A DNA stretch of 64,000 nucleotides from Bacteroidales bacterium (GTDB lineage: Bacteria; Bacteroidota; Bacteroidia; Bacteroidales; JALOCA01). Location: positions 1,186,910 through 1,250,909 of the forward strand of contig CAXXDR010000002.1 of assembly GCA_963665885.2 (NCBI GenBank). The letters are read 5' to 3'. This document shows positions 8,201-18,337 of the stretch, piece by piece. The number at the start of each line of letters is the position of its first letter. Positions within the stretch are counted from its first letter, which is position 1. The notes below the pieces were generated by a model. The model was not told the origin of the DNA, did not search any database, and saw only the letters and a list, made by a program, of their open reading frames with translations. Position numbers and translations under genes: made by a program.

Positions 8201-9534
8201 CAGGTATAACGAAGACTGCCACCCGTGGAATGATTGATAAACGTAACTTCTTTGGAAATGCAATTATTAACCGACTGAGGCGTGGCATCCGCATAGGGCA
8301 GACTGTCGATACGAACAGGCCAGATCAACGTATCGCTGCCACAGTAACTCATGTTGATTAACATCAAATCATAAACTCCTTTGGCAGAATAGGTTTGTGG
8401 CGGAGGTACAGATCCGCTAAAGGTATGGCCATTTCCGAAATCCCAATAGTACGTCGAACCCGGGCTGCAACCATCCCCGTATCCGGTAGTGGACAGATTT
8501 GTAAACTGTATTTCATCGCCAATGCAGCCTTTAGCCTGAGCGGTATCTATCATCGCTTTGCCTTTGGCGTATACCGGGGCGGTATAATGTTCTGTAAGTG
8601 AAGTTCCGCAAGTATTTGTTGGTTCTAATCTTACGGTGAATTGACTGCCAGGCAAATTGCAGGAAGAAGTTAGATACGTGTGACTGATGATGCTGTCGTT
8701 ATTTACGACGGAATCATGATTCCACAATACCTCGGTTCCGTCGCCAAATTTCCACCAATATTTTGTTCCTGGCGAGTTGTCGTCAATGCCCGAAACCCGG
8801 AAACGGTAAGTTACAGGGGCACACTGTGCCTGATAAGTACCTATGGTATCGAAAGTTCCCATGGGTTGCGACTCGTTGACTATCCAATAGGTAGTTTTTC
8901 CTTCGCAGCCATAGATGTCGGTAGTGGCAAGCCCGAGACTAAATACACCCAGTCTATGATACGTATGCTGAACATTGGTAAAATGTGCCGATAATCCTGT
9001 AGAAACCACACCATCGCCCCAGTTTATGGAGAAACTGTTAGGTACCAGACATGACGTATCCTGAGTTATATTACCGACGGTAACGGTGAAATCGGGATTT
9101 TCTGGCGTGGGATGATTTTCGCAGTTGCTGAATGTGAGCGGATCGGATAATAACGGAACAGGTCTGCCTCTCACATTGACGAATTTAATTTGCGAGCCTT
9201 GCTGTATGTTGGTAAACGTGGTATCGGTAACGGTTAACATCACGTCTTTGGATTGCAGGGTACAACCGAAAACATCAAAAATATGGGTGGGATTCTTTTC
9301 GGAAGAGTGTGGAGTGTTATCGTTAAAATTCCAGTCAAAAATATATTTAGCGCTGTCGCCACCACTCACCAGAGCGGTGAATTGAACAGAATTGCCCGAA
9401 CAGGAACTGTCGGGAGAAAAGGTAAAATTAACATTAAGCTGAGCCGATGAGCGGATTGATAAAAAAATAATAAACATTATCATCCACCATGAACCCAACC
9501 GTTTCATTTGCATTAAACTCCTCCATACTTCCAC
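5248..9534 (-). CDS. Large PKD-repeat surface protein with a gliding-motility-associated C-terminal domain (T9SS type B sorting domain)
   Basis: The 1428-aa ORF has more than 10 repeats of the W.FGDG..S...NP.H.Y...G.Y.V.L type (PKD). The C-terminus YIPNALKF...YHIAIYNRWDNLLWES...WDGTFKGQRVPEGTYFWII...GTITVIY matches the type B CTD pattern. The true start is more likely M10 (9507), immediately before the signal peptide MKRLGSWWMIMFIIFLSIRSSAQ. Confidence 0.85.
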   Translation of the reverse strand: MEVWRSLMQMKRLGSWWMIMFIIFLSIRSSAQLNVNFTFSPDSSCSGNSVQFTALVSGGDSAKYIFDWNFNDNTPHSSEKNPTHIFDVFGCTLQSKDVMLTVTDTTFTNIQQGSQIKFVNVRGRPVPLLSDPLTFSNCENHPTPENPDFTVTVGNITQDTSCLVPNSFSINWGDGVVSTGLSAHFTNVQHTYHRLGVFSLGLATTDIYGCEGKTTYWIVNESQPMGTFDTIGTYQAQCAPVTYRFRVSGIDDNSPGTKYWWKFGDGTEVLWNHDSVVNNDSIISHTYLTSSCNLPGSQFTVRLEPTNTCGTSLTEHYTAPVYAKGKAMIDTAQAKGCIGDEIQFTNLSTTGYGDGCSPGSTYYWDFGNGHTFSGSVPPPQTYSAKGVYDLMLINMSYCGSDTLIWPVRIDSLPYADATPQSVNNCISKEVTFINHSTGGSLRYTWTVTPAQGWHFISPTNEHSAEPTLSFDTYLASGYQVTLRVENNCIQTDDTTFTINVANKPTATLAHPPNRRCAPYYYTPQVSYEENGSPFHFYHWKFEGASPDSSLLAHPDSILYTQSGTFRVILKAANDCDTVTLMDSISIISYVPITLQNGDTSICRNEPSFRLRATPTDGSWFGSIVSSSGWVNTSYVGVFKCLYIRGYGACESRDSIYIIVKPLPEVFAGNDRGMCISDEPINLSELGATYSNEPWWSGSGITDNILGTFDPGISGAGTFIITLKVTDTATHCFNFDYINITVDPYPIPDFVADTFCVGINKQFVNTTTGGYSYSWNFGDDSTSSLPNPFHVYADTGEYRVLLIVSSRYGCVDSIEKTIHVIFPPPQPFFTISYDPPSQCGPVDVRILFDHSMYNNQVSYRWNFGNGSIITSRYSFSDTTITYYQGVIADTTYHITIDLIINCGVLSESLPVEVRTMPVARFMPNTRIGCSPLRLRISNTSRGLPVYNIWSFGDNTPVDTISSKIFEHVFYNENSDAVTYYILLKTINGCGRDSITDSITVYPNFSKAFINYDNNMGCPPHTVHFRGDGSQGGYRYDWEFGDGGVSHEMNPTYTYTSSGVYRARLLVSGYDTCSKDTVSTLIHVSNLPVINFSTPSDSVCIGEEIQFTNLSEQLSFIRWNFGDSTFSNQSNPTHVFQFPGWHTIWLAGTSQLLGCSDSISKTIFVKINPTAAILNSVEGCEPLTVTMEGDAGTYHLWNFGDGAPWSSNPEHTYPSAGDFNVTLISEWNNGCRDTAVSVVRVFHQPASKFTLNYSSANTNINGLPATLQLTNKTTFADRYEWDFGNGDTSTVENPVATFNSTGNYLIRLKAINQYGCYDTSSVVFNLFFYRLYIPNALKFSSGNPEDQKFTPKGHGILKYHIAIYNRWDNLLWESDKIQDGQPAESWDGTFKGQRVPEGTYFWIIKELLFENGSTRPGNDFKSTGTITVIY

Positions 9535-9606
9535 GCAACAAAAGTAAGAGAAAAATCAGCAACAACAAAAAACTTAAAGCCAGATGTAAATTTGTCCCGT
9601 GATATT

Positions 9607-12249
9607 TTACTGCCAGCGGTCGCGGAAATCTTTTTTCTTGGTTAGTTTCAAATCTTTCAGAACGGACGATTTTACATTGATGGCAAAGTTCCAGCTTTTC
9701 ATTCCGCCTATGGGTATCCAGTTAAAACGCATTTCCCAGCAATGCAAATCCCTAATCACATTGACAGATGTATAAGAAAATTTACCATTCTCAAAATCAT
9801 ATCCCGAATTAAAGGAAAATTTCCATTTGGGAGTGATGCTTACATCCCCGTTGAACGAAAGGGTTTGGATGATACTCTTTTTAGTTTTATCTGTCAGCGC
9901 TATGTAATTGCTTGTGCGGCGGAAAGTGTAAGCGATATTTAAACTCCAGCTATTGTTCCAATCTAAATAATCGGAAGGATTGTTATTCACAGCGTCTATC
10001 TCTTCGGGGGTACCGCTAACCGGTTTTTTCTCGTCTTTTTTATTTTTATTCTTTAATTTTTCGGAGGAAGTGTTCCAGTTTAAACTAAAGCTCCATGAAT
10101 TATTGTTAAATCTCATCAGGCGATGATTTACATCCCATTCATAACGGTTAATTGTGCGACCCAGGGAATCGAGTGCATATAAGTTCCAGACCGAAGCATA
10201 ATAAATTTGTAAATTTTTAAAGAGGGTGGTATGCCCGTTCATGCTTATTGGCGCCCATTTTATGGAATCTTTAGCCAGATCGTATGAAGTGGAAATGGTA
10301 AAATTATCAATCAATATAATTTTTTTTGTGCCGGTAACCGTATCTTTTCGCGAACGCACCTTCATTTCGAGATTATTGCTAAGACTCAGATTGATGCTTC
10401 CCGATTTACCCGAAGGTGGCGTGCCGTACAACGAATGATAATTTCCATCCTCAAAAATCGAATAAAGTTCTTTTCTTCCGGTTGAATCCACCTGAACCTT
10501 CCGGTAATATCCCCACCACGGATCGGCAAAATCGGGACGGAATGAAAATCCGATGTTCGGAGTGATTACGTGGCGAATAGCATTGACAGGTCCTTTTTTG
10601 AATTGTAGTATGCCGTATATTTTGGTGGAAAGTGAAGAACTGAAACTAAAATCATGTGCCGCCTTAAAACCATTAATTGTATCCGTACGAACGTAACCCA
10701 CTACCGTATCCGTTGCGGTTTTTAATGTGTCGTTTACCCAATGTTCGCTTATGCTTTTCGGATACCAGCGTTCATTAAAACTGAGCGTATTGGTCAGATT
10801 AAAATTTTTGAATAATTTAATGGAACTGCTTATAGGTATGGAATGTTGCATCCCGTAATTAAACTGGTCGAACATTTCGGGTTTAAAAAGAAGCGTATCG
10901 TAGGTATCCAATTCGTTGCGGGCGTTCATCTTATAATTTACCGAAATGTTTTCATACCATTTAGTCTTGCCTACCACATTATTGCTACGAAAAGGATAAA
11001 ACTGGTTGGTGGAAAGAGATATTTCGGGCAGGGTAACAGTAACCGACTTTGTTAATGTATTTTGGGTAAGATTCAGGTTGGATGTGAAAAACCATTTTTC
11101 CCATAGCGTAGTCTGATAAGCCACACTTGAAGAAAAGGTATTGGAAAGATAATTGTTGGCGCTTACCGGGTTGTATTGGTTATATTTACGACTTTGCAGG
11201 TCGACGTTTGCCGAAAAAGTGCTGTTTGGTCTTGCTTTAGGATCCTGATTATGTGTCCACCGGATAGAAAAATCTTTGCTTTTGGAAAAATCCGGAGTTC
11301 CTTCGGTGCCTGTTTTATTCAGGGCATAATTAAAACTGAAATTACCCGAATATTTATATCTTTTTTTGTAGGCAAAAGCGGGTTTAATGGCATAACTTCC
11401 ACGGGTATAAATATCCCCCCTGACTTCCAAATCCATGTAATCGCTTATGCCAAAATAATATCCACCGTTTTCAAAATAAAACCCCCTGTTTGCAGATTCG
11501 CCATAACTTGGAATCAAAATGCCGGAATTTCTTCCTTTTTTGTTGGGAAACAACCCGAAAGGCAGAAAAACAGGAAGTGTAACATCTTCAATATTTAAAA
11601 AAACAGGTCCGGTAATTATTTTACTATCAGGGATAACTTTTGCCTTGGTGTAAATCATGCTATAATGCGGATGATCCAGATCGCAGGTTGTGTAGCCGCC
11701 TTTGTAAGCATTGGTGGTATTATTGGTCATTTTTTTAATGATACTTCCATGAAGATAACCTTCGCCTTCTTTAGTTATAACGTTGGTACTCACTCCTTTT
11801 TTTGTATCAAAATTATATTCAAGGGTTTTCGACCTAAACGTCTGATCGCCATCTTTAAACTCGGGAGTACCCGTTTCTTTATTGGTGGAATCCGTTACAC
11901 CTTTGGCAAAAGCAATGTTATTTTTGAAACTTGCTTCAACATAGGCTGCTTTGAGGTTGATTTTTTCGTAATTAATTTCCGCATTTTTATATAAAAAGGC
12001 CTTTTGAATCTTGAAATCAAAACAGATAGAATCGTCGGAATTGTATTCCACTTTTACCTTAAGGGCTTTTTTATTGGCTTTTATTTGTAAACTATCCTTC
12101 TTCGTGGTGTCAACGACCACCTTAAGACTACTATCCGAAGGCTTTGCCTCAACAGGATTTTGTCCGTTTGTATTCAGAGAAAGAGTGATTAGAATAACAA
12201 ACAAATAAAAGAGTCTTGAAAAGCGTATTGTTAATAAATTAGCTAACAA
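9607..12249 (-). CDS. Bacteroidota LptD-like outer-membrane protein (putative LPS assembly protein)
   Basis: The 880-aa ORF has a signal peptide. Its N-terminal OstA-like segment is ...AEINYEKINLKAAYVEASFKNN..AKGVTDS...GTPEFKDGDQTFRSKTLEYNFDTKKG. The long C-terminal part is rich in aromatic and beta-strand residues, as expected for a barrel. It sits in envelope-gene context. Confidence 0.65.
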   Translation of the reverse strand: MLANLLTIRFSRLFYLFVILITLSLNTNGQNPVEAKPSDSSLKVVVDTTKKDSLQIKANKKALKVKVEYNSDDSICFDFKIQKAFLYKNAEINYEKINLKAAYVEASFKNNIAFAKGVTDSTNKETGTPEFKDGDQTFRSKTLEYNFDTKKGVSTNVITKEGEGYLHGSIIKKMTNNTTNAYKGGYTTCDLDHPHYSMIYTKAKVIPDSKIITGPVFLNIEDVTLPVFLPFGLFPNKKGRNSGILIPSYGESANRGFYFENGGYYFGISDYMDLEVRGDIYTRGSYAIKPAFAYKKRYKYSGNFSFNYALNKTGTEGTPDFSKSKDFSIRWTHNQDPKARPNSTFSANVDLQSRKYNQYNPVSANNYLSNTFSSSVAYQTTLWEKWFFTSNLNLTQNTLTKSVTVTLPEISLSTNQFYPFRSNNVVGKTKWYENISVNYKMNARNELDTYDTLLFKPEMFDQFNYGMQHSIPISSSIKLFKNFNLTNTLSFNERWYPKSISEHWVNDTLKTATDTVVGYVRTDTINGFKAAHDFSFSSSLSTKIYGILQFKKGPVNAIRHVITPNIGFSFRPDFADPWWGYYRKVQVDSTGRKELYSIFEDGNYHSLYGTPPSGKSGSINLSLSNNLEMKVRSRKDTVTGTKKIILIDNFTISTSYDLAKDSIKWAPISMNGHTTLFKNLQIYYASVWNLYALDSLGRTINRYEWDVNHRLMRFNNNSWSFSLNWNTSSEKLKNKNKKDEKKPVSGTPEEIDAVNNNPSDYLDWNNSWSLNIAYTFRRTSNYIALTDKTKKSIIQTLSFNGDVSITPKWKFSFNSGYDFENGKFSYTSVNVIRDLHCWEMRFNWIPIGGMKSWNFAINVKSSVLKDLKLTKKKDFRDRWQ

Positions 12250-12457
12250 TTTTTTGATGGTTGAGTTAATTAAATGCTGATTTTTGCTGAGCTTTGGTTG
12301 TTTTTATTACTTTTGAATGTTTAAAAATATTGCTTTGCCTGGGAAATAATATTTTTGAAGCTGCAAAAGTATCAAAATTTCGGCATATCAGTTTTGTAAA
12401 GTGAATCAAAATCAAACAAAGTATAAATTACAGGGATTTCAACGATAGCAATTCATC

Positions 12458-13744
12458 ATGTTAAAAATAAAACGTCTCGAATTAGTATTTGGTATATTAG
12501 GTTTACTGTTAATACCTTTATATTGTTTGTCGGGCCAGAAAGATCATAAAATAACCACGGTAGTTATTGATGCCGGTCATGGCGGACATGATTCCGGCGC
12601 ACGAAACGGAAAAACCCTTGAAAAAGATATTAATCTTGCTATCGCCTTGAAAACAGGTAAATTAATTGAAAATTCCTGTAAAGATGTCAAAGTAATTTAT
12701 ACCCGAACTACCGATGTTTTTGTAGAATTGTATAAACGCGCAAAAATTGCCAACGAGGCTAAAGCCGATTTGTTTATCTCCATTCACTGCAATTCCAATC
12801 CTTCCTCCAAATCATACGGCACCGAATCGTACGTGATGGGACTTCATAAAAGCAGCGCCAATTTACAGGTTGCCAAAATGGAAAACTCATCCATTTTGCT
12901 TGAAAACGATTATTCAGCTCAATATGACGGATTTGACCCCAACTCACCCGAAGCCAACATCATTTTTACGCTGTTTCAAAATGCTTTTCTCGAACAAAGC
13001 CTTGATTTGGCTTCCAAGATACAAACCCAGCTTTCCGAAAAAACAAAATTATTCAACCGGGGAGTTAAGCAGGCAGGTTTCCTGGTGCTTTATAAAACAG
13101 CTATGCCCGGAATATTAGTCGAATCGGGATTTATTAGCAATGATAAAGACAGGCTGTTTTTAGAAAGCAACGAAGGTCAATCATCTATTGCCCGGTCTAT
13201 ATGCTCAGCTTTTGTCAGATACAAATCGGAATGTGAAAAACAATTTGACGACAAACAATTGGCAAAAAAATCCAGTGATGCCAACCCGGATGAAAAATCT
13301 ACGGGACATAAGTCAAAATCTCATAAAAAAACGTCTTCCAGCCCGGAAACCGGGGAAAAGTCCTCAGCAAATACTTCTCCTTCAACAACAGAACCGGTTG
13401 CAGTTGCAAATGAATCGATTAGGAAAACAGTAAAAGATACTTTTCCGGTTCAAAATAACGCACTCAAAATGGATAGTCTGGCGGAAAAAGAAATCGAGTA
13501 CCGTGTTCAATTTGCCACGTCGGACAAGGAAAAACCATTGAATTCAAAAGCGTTTAACGGATTGGATGATGTTCGAAAATATTTTCACCAGGGCTTGTAT
13601 AAATATACCGTTGGAAACAAAAAAACAATAAAGGAAGCCGTAGCGCTGATGAAAGAAATGAAGAAAAAAGGATATAAAGATGCTTTTGTGGTGGCTTTTC
13701 TCAATAATCAACGAATAGCCTTAACAGCGGATAGTAAACAATAG
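12458..13744 (+). CDS. N-acetylmuramoyl-L-alanine amidase (Amidase_3) with a low-complexity linker and a C-terminal SPOR domain
   Basis: The 428-aa ORF carries VVIDAGHGGHDSGA, LFISIHCNS and GILVESGFISN motifs. The C-terminus YRVQFATS...YKYTVGNKKTIKEAVALMKEMKKKGYKDAFVVAF is SPOR-like. Confidence 0.9.
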   Translation: MLKIKRLELVFGILGLLLIPLYCLSGQKDHKITTVVIDAGHGGHDSGARNGKTLEKDINLAIALKTGKLIENSCKDVKVIYTRTTDVFVELYKRAKIANEAKADLFISIHCNSNPSSKSYGTESYVMGLHKSSANLQVAKMENSSILLENDYSAQYDGFDPNSPEANIIFTLFQNAFLEQSLDLASKIQTQLSEKTKLFNRGVKQAGFLVLYKTAMPGILVESGFISNDKDRLFLESNEGQSSIARSICSAFVRYKSECEKQFDDKQLAKKSSDANPDEKSTGHKSKSHKKTSSSPETGEKSSANTSPSTTEPVAVANESIRKTVKDTFPVQNNALKMDSLAEKEIEYRVQFATSDKEKPLNSKAFNGLDDVRKYFHQGLYKYTVGNKKTIKEAVALMKEMKKKGYKDAFVVAFLNNQRIALTADSKQ

Positions 13745-13765
13745 AAATTTTATTGTATTTTTGTT

Positions 13766-14815
13766 TTGCCAAATTTTAAAATTTCCAACTTGAAACATAA
13801 ACGTGAAATTAAGATAGGAGCTTTTGTCATTGTTACGTTAGCTCTCTTTATTTGGGGAATAAGCTTCCTGAAAAGTAAAGATTTTTTTATGAAAAAACGG
13901 GTTTTTTATGCCGTTTACGAAAAAGTGGATGGATTAGTAAAGGCAAATCCCGTTTTTGTGAAAGGATTAAAAGTCGGAATAGTCGAAGATGTCTATTTTG
14001 TCTATAAACCCTCTACCCATATTGTTGTTAAATTAAATCTTACAAGCGACATTCCCATTCCTAAAAATTCCATTTCAAGGATTTACAGTTACGACCTTAT
14101 GGGTTCAAAAGCCATTGAATTGCTTCTGGGCGATTCATTTGTACAGGCTCAAAACGGCGATACCCTGAAATCGGAAACGGGAAGTAGCTTGCAGGAAGAG
14201 GTAAATCGCCAGGTGCAACCGATCAAGAAAAAAGCAGAAGACCTGTTATTGTCCATTGATTCCGTGGTTACTGTTGTCAGCAGTATTTTAAATTCCGATA
14301 CACGCGCAAATCTGTCGCAGAGCTTCGAAAGTATTAAAATTACGCTTAAAAATTTGGAACACACAACCTACAATATTGATACCCTCGTTGGTACCCAAAG
14401 ATACCGTTTGGCAGGCATTGTCTCTAACATCGAATCCATTTCGTATAATATCCGTCAGAGCAATGATAAAATTTCCAATATTATTAATAACTTTTCGCAA
14501 ATATCCGATACCCTGGCAAGAGCTAATGTATATCAAACCCTGGCTAATGCCAACACGGCTATAACTCAGCTATCAGCTGTATTCCAGAAAATTAATGCCG
14601 GTGAAGGCTCGCTGGGGTTATTGGTGAACGACAACAAATTATATAACCGTATTGATGGCGCTGCCCGGCAACTTGACGAATTGCTTGAAGATGTGAAGCT
14701 TAATCCGGGACGCTATGTCAGCATTTCCGTGTTCGGGAAAAGCGCTTCTAAAAATAAATATGTTGCGCCTGCAAAAAAAACGGGTACTCTGGCTGATACG
14801 CTAAAAAGAAAGTAA
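13766..14815 (+). CDS. MlaD/MCE-family protein
   Basis: The 349-aa ORF has an N-terminal TM helix (IKIGAFVIVTLALFIWGISFL) followed by an MCE-type beta-barrel segment (VDGLVKANPVFVKGLKVGIVEDV) and a long helical tail. The start is non-ATG (TTG at 13766); an alternative TTG lies near 13790. Confidence 0.75.
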   Translation: MPNFKISNLKHKREIKIGAFVIVTLALFIWGISFLKSKDFFMKKRVFYAVYEKVDGLVKANPVFVKGLKVGIVEDVYFVYKPSTHIVVKLNLTSDIPIPKNSISRIYSYDLMGSKAIELLLGDSFVQAQNGDTLKSETGSSLQEEVNRQVQPIKKKAEDLLLSIDSVVTVVSSILNSDTRANLSQSFESIKITLKNLEHTTYNIDTLVGTQRYRLAGIVSNIESISYNIRQSNDKISNIINNFSQISDTLARANVYQTLANANTAITQLSAVFQKINAGEGSLGLLVNDNKLYNRIDGAARQLDELLEDVKLNPGRYVSISVFGKSASKNKYVAPAKKTGTLADTLKRK

Positions 14816-14817
14816 AT

Positions 14818-16329
14818 TTATTTTTTGAAGATATCGAGGCGGGTATACGGGCGTTTGTCGTCGAGCCATTTAAAATCTTTCAGAAGCAAATCGTGGGATG
14901 TTAAATCTTTTTCGGGATATAAAGCACCCTTGGGCTTGCTTATGTAATTTATTTTGTCCACCTTATTTTCTTTAATGCCGATAACCATATCCGAGGAAAT
15001 CATTTTACTGATGCCTATCAGCGACTTATCATCTTCGCGTACCCAATAAAGTGTTTCCGAATTTCCGCTGACGTTGACCTTGTAAATCTGATTATCCTTA
15101 AAATAGCCAATCATATTCTTGCCTTTAATCTGGTTGAAATTGGTAAGCGTATCTTTGGAAACGATAAAAGAAGTATTGTAAAGCCGCAATTCGTTGATTT
15201 TTTTGTCCTTTACAAAAATACGTATCGTATCGGCAGTCAACTGATTTTTGCCCGACCAGAGGATAGGTGAATTGAAAAGTGCTAAGGTAGAATCTTTAAC
15301 TATATACGCCAGGGAATCGCACATACCCTGCAAATCGTTCCGGAAAAATTTCACATGATAAAAAGCAAAAAGTTCTTTGGTAACCCTTGCGGTATCAAAA
15401 GTAGCTTTGAGGGTGTCGGCGTGGAGAAATAAAGAGTCTTTTTTCTCGATCATGATGGCATAGGCGCTGTCGGTGAGCACAGCATAACCGGTTTTTTCAA
15501 AATAGTCGCCCAAGTTTCCTTTAAAAACGATGTTTTGTACGGTATCAATGATGGAAACATTGCGTAATGCTTTGCCAATGCCGTTGGTGCGGTCGTAATA
15601 AAGACTGTCGCCTTTCAGGGTTTGATTTTCGTTGATCAGATAGGCGTTACGGCTGAATTTGGATACTTCATATTTGGTATCGTACCAACCGTTTTCACAG
15701 TAGATAAAATTTTTCTTTCCTTTGATGGTGGACGGTCCGTAGAAAAAAGCGGTACGCGACACGGTATTGTACATAAGCGTATCGGAGTTCATCACATATT
15801 CAGGATTGGTAAGCACTACCTTATCCTTAAAGAAAAATTCCTTTTTGTCGGTATGGTAATACCCTTTTTTACTGGTAAGCCGGTTATCTTTGTTGCGGAT
15901 TTTTCCTTCGGTTTCGTATCTGGCTATATTTGTATTCCTATCGAAATACAGATGGTCAGTTGTTAGTGTTGTTTCATTATCAACCAGCTTAACTATTTTG
16001 CCGGTGATGTCGGCAATTTTAGTATCGCCGTTGTAATTGAGCAGGTCACCGTATAAATTTAAAGTATCGCTCGATTTGATACGCACATGGCCAAAACAGA
16101 TAACGTTGTTGGTTTTTTCGTCCATGATGGCGCTGTCGCAATACAGGAAAGCTCCCTGATGTTCAAAGATAACATTGCCTACCACACGGTAAGTGGATGC
16201 TCCTAACATCTTGTCATATTTCAAGTCGTTGCCTTGCTCCAGCCTGATGATGGAATTCTTTTGGGCATAAACTCCGGCAGTCATCAGAAGGATTATAAGC
16301 AGTAGTATTTCCTTAAGCTTCATCGGCAT
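14818..16329 (-). CDS. OstA/LptA-like domain periplasmic protein
   Basis: The ORF track gives 14818..16470. The signal peptide MPMKLKEILLLIILLMTAGVYAQ starts at M48 (16329), which removes the 52-bp overlap with the upstream gene. Repeated D.A......N.....G.V motifs are OstA_N-like. Confidence 0.65.
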   Translation of the reverse strand: MPMKLKEILLLIILLMTAGVYAQKNSIIRLEQGNDLKYDKMLGASTYRVVGNVIFEHQGAFLYCDSAIMDEKTNNVICFGHVRIKSSDTLNLYGDLLNYNGDTKIADITGKIVKLVDNETTLTTDHLYFDRNTNIARYETEGKIRNKDNRLTSKKGYYHTDKKEFFFKDKVVLTNPEYVMNSDTLMYNTVSRTAFFYGPSTIKGKKNFIYCENGWYDTKYEVSKFSRNAYLINENQTLKGDSLYYDRTNGIGKALRNVSIIDTVQNIVFKGNLGDYFEKTGYAVLTDSAYAIMIEKKDSLFLHADTLKATFDTARVTKELFAFYHVKFFRNDLQGMCDSLAYIVKDSTLALFNSPILWSGKNQLTADTIRIFVKDKKINELRLYNTSFIVSKDTLTNFNQIKGKNMIGYFKDNQIYKVNVSGNSETLYWVREDDKSLIGISKMISSDMVIGIKENKVDKINYISKPKGALYPEKDLTSHDLLLKDFKWLDDKRPYTRLDIFKK

Positions 16330-16418
16330 ATTTTTTCGATGCTGCAAAGATAGCGTATATTCATCAAAATAAACTGCCGGTTTTAAAATAGGAATTGATG
16401 TTCCGTTAATATCCGGTT

Positions 16419-18242
16419 TTAATTGTTTGCCTTTTTCAGGACAATTGTACGGTAATTGGTATTGTTCCATTGAATCATCGCTTCCCTGAAACTGGTATAA
16501 TCAGCATGGCTTAGTGTCTTTTGTGCAAGATGAAGGCTGCGTTTTATCTTGATGTGATTGCCCGACTGATATATGCTAATGCCAAGAGTATTGCCATTTT
16601 TTATTTCCACCGGTTTATTCACCATCACAAAACCATCAGGAATCGTAAGATCAAGTTCGTAATCTTCTTCCAAAAGATTAGGTATTTCCAACGGGATGCT
16701 GCGGTCGCTGAGCATAACGCTGAGATGCCAGTCATCACTTCCGTTTTTAAAGGCAGGAATATCCATAAAATAATAGTCATCCTGAACACGGGCGGCATTT
16801 TTATCGGTAACGGTCAACTGAGCCTTGGTCGTTTCTTCTGTTAATTTGCTAATACTTACCTTAGAAATATCCTTTGACGACAATCCGCCGGTGAGGTAGT
16901 TTTTCACTTTTGATGAATCCTTGCTAAAATCAAAATAAGGATTCATTGCGTTGGTCATGGTAAGCGATAATATTCCTTCCAGTGTATTTGCTGTGGGATT
17001 CCAATTTAAGTTGCCTTCCATGGCAAGCTGGTTTTCGGGAACGGAATAAGCTTTTGATGTAAAAGATTTTGTTGGACTGAGGTCAATTAACGTACGGCCG
17101 CCAATGGCATATTTTTTATTCAAAATATCTTTCTGGTCGGGTGAAAGCAATAGCGCTTCCCCTTTATGAGGTTTGGCTTCCACAAGGATATCCGCACCTG
17201 CCAAATTCCCGACGTTCTTGTCAAAATAAACGGATGGAAAGCTCATCACCGGATTAGCAGGAATTCCTGCATAATTTAAAATTTGTGAAAACAGAATGGC
17301 TTTTTCGAGACGGGTTGCGGCATTGGAAGCCCAGATTTGGGCGGGAGTGCGGGGATTGTAACCGGCATATATCATCGGAATATTGAGGGTAGATAGTTCA
17401 CCGGCCAACAGCGATTGAATTTTAAGGATTTTTTGGATGTCGCCGGTTTCATTTTTCAACAGTTCGTCAATCTTTGATTTGATTTCTGAGGTCAACCCTG
17501 CATTGAACCCTGCTTTTAAAGTCATCCATTGGATGGACGAAGGCATATCCACGGAGCTGAAAAGAAGATGCGGAATGGAATTCAGGTCTTTTTCCTGGAA
17601 CGATTCATTGCTTAAAGCCGGAATATTTTTGAACCGCCATTCGTAAACATCCATCTTGCTTTCTTCCCTTTTGTCGGGTTGTAAAGCACAATTGTACATC
17701 CGGTAGTTCAGCGTTTTGCCTTTGGGAACCTTGATGCGGATAACCAGTTCGTCGATGGGTGAATTTTCGCCAACGATTTCATGTCCGCTAAGAAAAGGAA
17801 TAAATTCTTTGGATGAGGTAAGACTGTAATCAAGATTGATAATAGCGCCAATTTCGGTGGCGGTATGAGTTACCACCATTTCGCGCAGATGATTAAAAGC
17901 CGGAGCGTCGGCGGCAAAACCCGGCAGCACTTCGTTAAAAGCATTCTTGGGCGTGTTTACCGTTTTGCCGTCGGCAGTAACGGTAAAAGCTTTGTTGATG
18001 CTTAGTTTCTGGCATTGCGGATTGTAAACAATGAATGTTTCGCCGTAGAGCCGGTTGAACGAAAGCTGGGATAAGAGCTTTATCTGTTTCTGAAGCCGGT
18101 AAACGGTGCTTCCGTCGGGTTTCAGGGTATATTCTTTTACGAGTTTTTGATAAACAGCGTCGGCGTTTTCATTCTGTGCCACAACGGGAGTGATAAAGAG
18201 CGCCGTCAGGGCGATGAGGCAGATAAAACGGAATATTTTCAT
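16419..18242 (-). CDS. DUF3857/DUF3858-type secreted protein with a transglutaminase-like fold that lacks the catalytic Cys
   Basis: The 607-aa ORF has a signal peptide. It is a tandem paralog of the next gene. The region aligned to the transglutaminase core reads NAATRLEKAILFSQILNYAGIPANPVM, with no Cys where the paralogs have G(V/N)CKDK. Confidence 0.6.
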   Translation of the reverse strand: MKIFRFICLIALTALFITPVVAQNENADAVYQKLVKEYTLKPDGSTVYRLQKQIKLLSQLSFNRLYGETFIVYNPQCQKLSINKAFTVTADGKTVNTPKNAFNEVLPGFAADAPAFNHLREMVVTHTATEIGAIINLDYSLTSSKEFIPFLSGHEIVGENSPIDELVIRIKVPKGKTLNYRMYNCALQPDKREESKMDVYEWRFKNIPALSNESFQEKDLNSIPHLLFSSVDMPSSIQWMTLKAGFNAGLTSEIKSKIDELLKNETGDIQKILKIQSLLAGELSTLNIPMIYAGYNPRTPAQIWASNAATRLEKAILFSQILNYAGIPANPVMSFPSVYFDKNVGNLAGADILVEAKPHKGEALLLSPDQKDILNKKYAIGGRTLIDLSPTKSFTSKAYSVPENQLAMEGNLNWNPTANTLEGILSLTMTNAMNPYFDFSKDSSKVKNYLTGGLSSKDISKVSISKLTEETTKAQLTVTDKNAARVQDDYYFMDIPAFKNGSDDWHLSVMLSDRSIPLEIPNLLEEDYELDLTIPDGFVMVNKPVEIKNGNTLGISIYQSGNHIKIKRSLHLAQKTLSHADYTSFREAMIQWNNTNYRTIVLKKANN

Positions 18243-18337
18243 GGGGATTATGATATTTTGATTAATTGAAAAACGATTATTTAAATAATTGTGTTCATTG
18301 TTATGCCCGCTCCGGGAAATAAATAAAAATTAGAAAT

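Noticed and set aside
16330-16470. N-terminal 47-codon extension of the OstA-like ORF
   Set aside because: The extension overlaps the upstream gene by 52 bp and precedes a canonical signal peptide that starts at M48, so the shorter start at 16329 is preferred.
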